A stretch of 64,000 nucleotides of DNA from Vermamoeba vermiformis (Eukaryota), in contig JBEWZL010000152.1 of the NCBI GenBank assembly GCA_045837725.1, positions 1 through 64,000 of the forward strand, in the 5' to 3' direction. Positions 55,764-64,000 of the stretch are shown here, piece after piece; position 1 is the stretch's first letter; each line of letters starts with the position of its first letter. A program made the translations under genes and the position numbers. The notes beneath the pieces are model-generated. The model was not told where the DNA came from, made no database searches, and worked only from the letters and a program-made list of their open reading frames with translations.

Positions 55764-56232
55764 TGTGATGTATTTATAATCACTAATACTACGAATACTA
55801 TTTAATTCTTAATTTCATTGCATTGAGGTCTGGTCCGTCTGCAGCAGAAAAATAAAATATTTGGCATAAACTTCATTTTTCTATCGACTACTGGCCCAGA
55901 CGGATCACAAGAACACGCGCCAAACTACCGCAAGCATGCCGTAACCCCGTTTATAACCATAATATAAAATTTAAGTATTCCAGCAGACGGGAGTGGGTTA
56001 GGATCTTTTTTAGAGGAGGACAACTAGCTCGATCTGGAGGTTAGTATTTACTCTGCAAAAAGTAAACTATTAGTGGCATAATATTACAATTTTAGTTTAA
56101 AGAATAATCGAGTGTAGATAAATTAATCAAACTTATATTTTTTTATTATTCGCCAAATATACCTTTCGTTTAACGCGCTGTGGTTTTCATTTATATACAT
56201 TTTTACCGAATTAATTGCGCAATGAATGACAA

Positions 56233-56266
56233 TTTTGACAGCAGATCTCTGCGGGCTCGTAACTTT
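56233..56266 (+). promoter_or_regulatory. Conserved upstream element shared by the two lectin paralogues (copy 1)
   Basis: TTTTGACAGCAGATC..GCGG about 195 nt before the ATG at 56430; near-identical motif at ~60834. Confidence 0.55.
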
Positions 56267-56429
56267 GCTTCAACGTATTGTAGGCGCACAAAATATTGAT
56301 AAATCCCTTTTTAATCATAATGGCATTATTTTCCGACCCGATATTACATTATGGGTTACAATATAATATCGCAAAGGCTTTGATCTCAAAGTACTACCCC
56401 GTAATCAATTGAAGACCACAACTGATACA

Positions 56430-59400
56430 ATGAAGATCTCTGGAGCGGCATTAATAGCTCTATTAATGCTATTATGCACTTCCGCAGTACGCAGCGAGAG
56501 TTTTTTTCTTGGTTCAAACCAAAACCAAACTCCGTTCGCTGCAGCAGATCTAACGACCTATCTTGGAGCAACAATCACCCAAAACAACACTCTACTTCTT
56601 ACTACATCTGATACTCACGTTGCGGGAGTAGCCGTTTACCCACAGCCGGTCACCGTTCACCTCGGATGGAGCACATCTTTTCTTTGGAACACTACCAACT
56701 GCAATAGTGTTAACCTTGAGGAAGGAAAATCCACTGATGGGTAAGGATATATCTTTAACTATGCATCTAATCAGCTTTAGATGGAGCTTTTTTATTTCAG
56801 AAACAAATCTGGATGCCAACCAAGTAAACAATGCAGTTGATTACATGGGAGTCGGAAATGCTCCCGATATCTTCTTAATAGGATACGTTAGTTCTCTAAA
56901 TGAGTTCCACTTATGTGACTGGTATGAAGAATTAATGATTCCTTATGAAACTAACCTTCGCCTTTAGGGAGGTAGCACCACCGGCGCCCTCTTGGGTACA
57001 CACAAGTGCTCCATTCTTCCGAAAAAATTGCCGCACATTTCCCGTTACCTCACTCCCTCGATTAGCGTGTACAACTACTCGAATACAATTTGTCTATAAC
57101 AGCAATACTGACTTGGTTACTGTACAAGTAAGTATACTTACAACTATCTCCTCCATTGAACTCCGATAATTAATAATAATTACTAGATTAATTCGTGGCT
57201 TGGCTATACCAGCTTTCAATTTTCGTTAGAGCGCAAGTTTAAACCGATCCAATATTATGTTGGCCTTGCAGCAGGAAACGATAATTTTGCTCGTAAACAA
57301 GAGATGAGATCTTGGTATTTTACTTCGGTCAGTCTGTTGACGGAATTTGTCCAAGACAAAAGCTTGACCTTCACGGTTGGGGGCAGAGGAAAAATTATTC
57401 AAGAAGAAGGCGTGCCCCGAATTGAACTCACATCGGGACCTAATATGGCTGGTATAGCTATGCTTAACAGCGCCGTGGTGAAGATTCAAGATCAGTTTTC
57501 TACGAATTTTCATTGGTCAATTTTCAACTGCGACCAACAGGCCGGCGGCGATGGGTAAGCACTATACTAATACCATCGAAATATTTATTAATAGTATTAA
57601 TTTATCCGTTTAGATTTGCCCTCTTACTCTCCGCTAATCCCGCCGCCTCACCGTCCAACGCTCCATACACGCCGACTGCCGCAAACATCGGTTTGCCCTC
57701 CACTGATCGATTGTCATTTATTGCATACAGTCACCTTGTACAATGAATTCTACGTTGCTACTAAGTAAGTGCACGTTACTACTAACAAAAAGACGACTAA
57801 CAGTGGCAACCTTTAGTGCATCTGGGCAATCTGGACAGTTAAATCTTTTGTACCCGACATATCCGAACCCGTTACCAAGATTCGCCTGTGATCAAACTCA
57901 TGCCTTTGAAATAACATACAGTAAAGGCATCGTCAAGGTAATATAGTAGCGCTTTCGAGTTGAAAAAACTAATTTACTTTAAATAGATATCGGTGGACGG
58001 AACGTTCCTCATCGCGGCAGAATTGTCGCTTGACGCGTCTAAACCGTATTTCATTGGGTTTTCTGGCGCGGCCCACGGCGAGGTCTATTCGACGCAGTAC
58101 ATCACAAAATGGTCTTTCAAATCAATTCCAGAAACACCTTTCGCAGACACATGGCGCATCACCAACTTTTTACAAGACCAAGATTCAATTGCCGTTCTTG
58201 GCACCGCAAGTATTTCGAACGCTACAACTTATGCAAATTTGGACACGTACGGAAGTGAACTTATGGGCGAAGACAACGTTGGTGCCATCGTTCACAAAAC
58301 ACCTTTCCTGGCACATAATGGCTTTGCGAGTAAATTCATATGGCAGGCAACACCCTGCAATTCGGATCCAAATGATGGGTACGCTTACATATTGTCCGTA
58401 TTCTACTGTCGACTAACGTTTTATGACAGATGGACACTGGTCTTAACTTCAGATCCGCTCGTGCTTCAAATGCAAAACATGACGGATACACGTCTAGGTT
58501 TGACGAAGTTGCATAATGTAGTTACATTTACGTTCCATGTTATGTCGGCACGAAAGACAATTTGTCAATGGTATGTTCGCAGCGGCGGGCTTTGGGTTCG
58601 TTATTCTTACGAGGTTTATACTAGGACAAACTTTCTAAACGACACAGTCGTTGATTTCCGTGACGCCACTGAATACTGCACGTACAGACCAATGACAACG
58701 CCGCAGCCTTGCTATTTTCTCGCGTATCAGTTAGTGTTTGGACTAAAGCTGAACAACGACCAATTAACGGTAAGAATATCGAGTATTAGTATTTATTTTT
58801 CATTGTTATTCTGATCACTTGACCAGTTCCTCTTTGGTGATGATATGATCGGAGATATAATACCGCTATTGCTGCCTGCAAACTATTATTACATTGGTTT
58901 AATCGGAGTCGATCACGACCCAAACATGCGACAAAGTTTGAGCTTGTGGAATCTGGAACAACCTTCTCTGCACCAATTCAGCTTTGCACTGGTCTCGAGT
59001 CACCTGCAATACTTTGCACATTTCGCTACAGACCCTCTCATTAGCGACACCGTAACGAGTCCGCCAGGGTCTACCTCGCTGACGATTCACAAGACTCCGT
59101 TGCCTGCACACCTTGGCTTTACAACGTCATTCACTTGGGCACCAACTTTCTGCGAGAGAGCGGGATTTAGCTTCTTCTTAACGAAAACAGGACTTTCAGA
59201 GGTCGTTCAAGCATCGGATGAAGAAACTGGAAGACTTGGCACTGCTGCTTTGTCTGGTGTAACGTCGGTCTCGTACATGTCAACGACGAACGAATTGAAG
59301 GCCTTCTTCAAGTATGAACTGAATTTCGGTAGCAAAGTTTGATACTAACAACGAACAGCTCCACGTTAAGTGCCGCACAAACATATAGTTCAAACGACAC

Positions 59401-60448
59401 CCTGGATCTGTGCGACGACGGAGTCCTTTTTTTCGTTGCCATTGAATATACAGCCAAAAACGAACTTCGCGTACGACCCTTGTGTAGTGTATTATGCGCA
59501 CAACTAATCACTTTATTGTAGGTATTTGTCAATAACGAGCTTGCACTGGCAGTTTACGATAGAACTCGCACAGTAATTGACCCGTCTGTCTATTACGTTG
59601 GAATTAGCATCACTGCGGGATCTGTCAGCAGTTGGAAGTTTGATGCGATTGTGCCACTCAAACAATTTGATTTTAACTTCAACAACAAGTCTGAGATCGA
59701 CTTGCTTGGCAGTGCATTGATCATCGACAACAAACTTCGATTGACCACTGGAGGCAGCGAGTCAGGTGTTGGCTTGTATCCATCGATGATCTATGCTCAC
59801 ACTGGCTTCAACTCAACTCTCACATGGACTCCCTCGAACTGCGACGCTGCAAACAATGGCGCTGACGGGTAAGATTCACTGCGAATGAAGGTTGCTTAAA
59901 CTCACCAAACATTGAAGCTTCACTTTGTTCTTGACAAAGACACATCCTCTCCACTCCGAGGTGTATTCATCAAGTGGTGGCCTGTTAGGTGTGCGTGCCA
60001 TGTCGAACGTTGTGATGTTTGCTTACAGCGCGACCTACAACGAGTTCTATGTTTGCAATTGGTATGTATTACAACAAACAGGAATATTCTGAGATCAACC
60101 TAATTTGTTTTGCCTAGGACTACGCCACTGGATGTTAACTTCCGTTGGATTTGCAACTACGTGATTCCAGTACCAGGACCGAAGATGACTTGTCCAAACA
60201 GTTACATATTCAGCTACTCTTATGATCACGAGACATTCACAGTAAGTGCACGTTATTCTCGTTTTGATTGAGTTCGTACTGACGAACACGTGACTTGTTT
60301 TTAGCTTTCAGTGAACGGAACACAACAATTCACAGCTTCGTTGATGCTCGAACCAGTGCCGTATTTTGTTGGTCTTTCAGGAGCAACGGGAGGAGGATAC
60401 TTCACACAAGATGTCTCTGATTGGTCGTTCGAAAGCATTGCGTTGTAA
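56430..60448 (+). CDS. Secreted protein with five tandem L-type (legume/ConA-like) lectin domains
   Basis: Signal peptide. Repeated modules 'L.G.A....L.LT...G...Y..P.....GF.T.F.W...C....DG(F/W).F' and 'Y(F/Y)(I/V)G(F/L).(G/A)...Q....W.F'. No TM segment before the TAA at 60446-60448. Confidence 0.75.
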
Positions 60449-60833
60449 TCCCAGCGGGTCACTGTTGTATTTTGTTCGGTGAACTTAAACACGCTCCTTA
60501 TTTACCTCCTCCATTACTACAGCACATATGGCTTGTAATATTATTTTGCACCTATACAGCTGTATAGCATTGCAAGATTCCAGAGTCAACCCTCCAAGAT
60601 CGGTAAAACAACGGTAGATGCGGTCACTAAAAATTTAAAAAAAATCTTAAACTGCATTTACGGAGAATTATAGAATTTTTTAAGCAAGAAAAATTCGATT
60701 CAATACGCTAAATTATTTTCATAATTTAAAAATGAAATTTACGAATGCTAGTCAACCCGAAAAAAGATTCGCTTACAGCAATAGCAATGAATTATTTTTT
60801 TTTGGGCTTGGCTAAAAATACTGGCTGATGATT

Positions 60834-60866
60834 TTTGACAGCAGATCCTAGCGGACCATAAACTTC
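60834..60866 (+). promoter_or_regulatory. Conserved upstream element shared by the two lectin paralogues (copy 2)
   Basis: TTTTGACAGCAGATCCTAGCGG about 195 nt before the ATG at 61028. Confidence 0.55.
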
Positions 60867-61027
60867 ACTGTACCCTCGAATTACTGGGTATTACAAAGCT
60901 CATTCTAGAGTCAATACTATGTGCACACGTTTCCGACCTTAATTTATTGCATTCGACTGCGCACAGCCTTTTAATAGCCGCAGCTCCAGCTAATTAGTTG
61001 CAAAACAATTGAATAAGAGCACCACAA

Positions 61028-64000
61028 ATGATAAGTCACTATCGTTTGCTAGTGCTTATAATATTCGTTAGTGTATCAGCAGTACGCAGCGCTAGATTTT
61101 CGCTTGGATCTGGCACTGGCGAGCAGTTCACTCCGTTTGCCTCAGCCAATTTTACAACGTATCTTGCTGCAAGCATTAATGAAGATAATATACACCTAGT
61201 ATCTCCAAATGATACCAGTGGTGTCGTTGTTTATACTCAGCCAGTCCAAGTCAAGCTTGGATTCAAAACCTTCTTCAATTGGACCACATCCAACTGTCCG
61301 ACCTCCATTAATCCTCTCTTAGACGTTAAATACACTGACGGGTACGTAATGAATAAGATGGAAGAAGTTTATGGCGTATTAATCGAATCTTTTTAGCGTG
61401 ACTTTCTTTGTTTCAGAAACGAATCCGTCCATCAACCAAATAAACAGCTCCACGACCTTCATGGGAATCAGTATGCTCTCTAATACTCTTTCAATTGGTT
61501 ATGTGACCTCACTGAATGAGTTTCACGTTTGCGATTGGTAAGACAAAAGTTTCAATAACTGTGCCACATCCGCTCTAACGTTGGTCCAGGATAACGGCTC
61601 CAGATTCCACTGCGATCCCATTTTTCCGTCGCACGTGCAAGACTTTTGACTACTTGAAACCTCGGATTAATTGCGGCGCCCACTTGTTCATCATTAGATA
61701 CGATTCTGAAACGAACGAAATTTTGGTACGTAAAACTCAACTATTCAATCTTAAATAATATTCTTATCGCCGATTAGATGAGTTTGGATTATAATGATGT
61801 TCTAGTCTATCAAATGGGCCGAAGTTTCAAGCAAGCTCCGCACTTCATTGGACTGGCAGCCGGAAGCGACAATTTTCCGCGCCAACAAGATATTCCGTTT
61901 TGGATCTGGGAGTCGCGAGATATCGTCACTGAGTTCACTCAAGAGACTCAACGAATATACTACACAAATTTCGCTGGTCCAGATGACGATCAGAACATAA
62001 TGATGACGTATTACTCCCCCGGTTCCGGTCTTGCAGTTCTAAAAGATAGCATGGCACTCGTTCAACAGCAATTTTCAACGAAATTTATGTGGACTACTTT
62101 ATGGTGTGATCCTGTGTATGGAGGAGGAGACGGGTAAATCTGGATTAACTTCTATATTTAGCTATTACTAACAATTTGTAATCAGTTTTGCATTCGTGCT
62201 GGCAAAAGCAGTGCCAGAGACTTTTGCACAGAACAATGGCGGTAGCGGAAGCGATCTTGGAGTCAAGTTGAAAAGCAATGTAGCTATTGTCGGCTACAGT
62301 TACGTGCGAAATGAATTCTACGTCGGAAAATGGTACGTTGTACAACCGAATTGGTCAGTGAACTAACATTAATGATTTTTGATATTAGGACGACACCCGT
62401 TGCTGACGATATCAGCGCTGTGGTCCCGACATTCCCAAGTCCAATTGAAAGATTGTCCTGCGATCAATCGCATGCCTTTGAAATATCGTACTATCACGGA
62501 GTTATTAAGGTACGTCAATTTGCACAAATTCTATTTCAAATACTTAACTTTTTTTTCAGTTGCAAGTGAACGGAGTTTTTCTGTTCGCAGCGGAACTTGC
62601 ATTAGAGCCGCAAGCGCCCTACACTATTGGATTTACTGGAACTAATGGCCAATCTTCGTTCACACAAGTATTCAGCAAATGGTCGTTCAAATCAATGCCG
62701 GATCTCGAAGAGCAATGGAGCATTACCGATTTTTACCAACAGCGTAACTCATTTTCAATTCTTGGAACTGCCTATGTCTCAAATTCCACCGCACTTGGTT
62801 ATCTTAACACCCTCACTGGTTTGGTGAACAATACGGATAATGTCGGAGGCTTCATTTACAATACTCCGTTTCCAGCCCACAACGGTTTTGTCAGCACGTT
62901 TTCTTGGTATTCTCCTTACCGCGCCTTTTGCAATGTAATGTCTATCTTCGACGGGTAAGCCAATCAGTAACAATAGAGCTAGCTCTAATGAAGTACATAG
63001 GTTCACCATCTGTATTAACATCGGATCCGTTGGTGTTGCAAATGCAAAATGTTTCGTACAACGATTTAGGTATTCGAAATCTACGCAACGTCGTGTCAAT
63101 TACAGTGCAAGAGCTAAATGATAAAGCCACCGTTTGTCAATGGTAATAGTTCATCATCGTGGATTCTAATGGTTCTAATTGTTGCGTAGGATTGAGCACC
63201 AAAATACCGCTGCGACAGATTTTCGTATGGCCGAAGAATATTGCCGTAATTTTCCTTTACCACGCTCAGCCTGCGCTATTTCTCCCTACACTGTCTACAT
63301 ACCTTTCGAAATCAACTTGACTGACCAGCAGCTATCTGTAAGTCATAAAAACTATCGTTTGTCCTCACTAATACTTGGTACAGTTAATCGCTCAAGACAC
63401 AGGCACCGTTGAATTTTCAGTTCCGCTAACACTTCCTCCAAGTTCGTACTACATTGGTATCCTAGCAGCGAATCATCACCAAGGGAAACGGAATTTGAAA
63501 GCTTGGAATCTGAAGTTACCACCAACTGCCAATCATTTCAGTTTCTCGTTAAGCAATCACACTGGCTATTTTGAGACCTACAATACGAATCCTTTAGAGA
63601 ATAACAACCAAGTGGTTATCGATGTGGGAACAAATGGATTGGTTGTTCATAAGGTACCCGTCCCCGCTCACTTTGGATTCACAACTTCGTTTGCCTGGAG
63701 TCCTGCAAACTGTTACGACACAGCTGGCTTCAGTTTCTTCCTCACCAAGACGAAGCCGTCAGATGTCACGGTGAAATCGGACGATGAAACCGGTCGTATT
63801 GCAACTGCAGGACTATCGAGCCTGACTTCGATTTCATTCAGCACTGCTTCAAAACAATTCAAGGCCTACTTCGGGTAACATTTTGACTGTACTGTGAATT
63901 ATATGGACATTACTTAACGAAATTACAGCTCGACTTTTGGTGACGCAGCCATTTTCTCTTCCGCCAAATTGAACAGCATGGACTTTTGTCAAACCCGAAA
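61028..64000 (+). CDS. Tandem paralogue of the multi-L-type-lectin gene (runs off window end)
   Basis: Collinear similarity with 56430-60448 (SAVRS..F.LGS, TPFA.A..TTYL.A, SLNEFH.CDW, LTSDPLVLQMQN, PAH.GFTTSF.W.P) and shared intron positions. Confidence 0.78.

Overview
Gene-dense, intron-rich eukaryotic genomic DNA: short GT-AG introns of mostly about 45-60 nt with CTAAC/CTGAC-like branch sites, and the standard genetic code. The gene set suggests a free-living protist, probably amoebozoan-like (inference only). Intact genes in order: cytochrome b5-acyl-CoA dehydrogenase, KH-Smr protein, PX-RhoGAP, TMEM41/DedA protein, mitochondrial presequence protease (M16C), GapN-type ALDH, MATE and TauE transporters, Ras-like/PH/ArfGAP/ankyrin protein, AAA+ ATPase, old yellow enzyme, kelch-EGF surface protein, a 9.5 kb ankyrin-WGR-PARP gene, F-box/LRR, OSBP, DUF427, a GPI-type surface protein, GPATCH1 and two tandem multi-domain L-type lectin genes. 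The first ~4 kb looks accessory. It holds an orphan exon, a 50-bp hairpin tandem array, helically phased GATC repeats, an apparently spliced non-coding minus-strand unit and a decayed P-loop NTPase (Crinkler-like) pseudogene. The most striking observations are a histone H4 tail mimic (GGRGLGKGGIRRHTK) inside the ankyrin-PARP and the hairpin array region. All gene models were assembled by eye, so boundaries are approximate, and no database searches were run.
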